From positions 74,361-138,360 of the forward strand of contig CBFFRP010000231.1 of the NCBI GenBank assembly GCA_965644295.1: a DNA stretch of 64,000 nt, read 5' to 3'. The DNA is from Paraphysomonas bandaiensis. Its lineage: Eukaryota; Protista; Chrysophyceae. Each line of letters opens with the position of its first letter. Positions within the stretch are counted from its first letter, which is position 1. The translations under genes were made by a program, and so were the position numbers. The notes under the pieces are model-generated. The model saw only the letters and a list, made by a program, of their open reading frames with translations, did no database searches and was not told the DNA's origin. Shown here in pieces: positions 63,969 through 64,000 of this stretch.

Positions 63969-64000
63969 ACTTGCCGGTCCAGGACGTAAAGCATTTTGTC

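Overview
Gene-dense eukaryotic (protist-like, possibly stramenopile; taxonomy is inference only) genomic DNA with very short, mostly GT-AG spliceosomal introns, typically about 40-55 nt. Manual splicing gives about 16 protein-coding genes: a YjjX-family ITP/XTPase, a PH-START-TM-E2-like fusion, a mitochondrial carrier, a giant EF-hand/coiled-coil protein, a TOM1/THH1-like membrane protein, a degenerate eIF4A paralog, a PSP1-domain protein, a bromodomain-ET protein, a WW + 33-aa-repeat + SPIN90/Ldb17-like protein, a bacterial-type xylulokinase, a Cys-rich ABCG transporter, a CLC channel, a PPDK-like gene with about 36 introns, TMEM256, a GT31 galactosyltransferase and a saccharopine-dehydrogenase-like oxidoreductase. 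Non-coding features include two tandem intron-containing tRNA-Asp(GTC) genes with an A discriminator, long (TATG)n arrays upstream of genes, a MITE-like element, dispersed repeat remnants and a 481-bp tandem array at the right end. The most striking observation is a full-length, intact PPDK homolog that has lost its phosphocarrier His, catalytic Cys and several substrate-binding residues. Two further apparent pseudoenzymes occur in the same window. All family assignments come from motif recognition by eye, not database searches.
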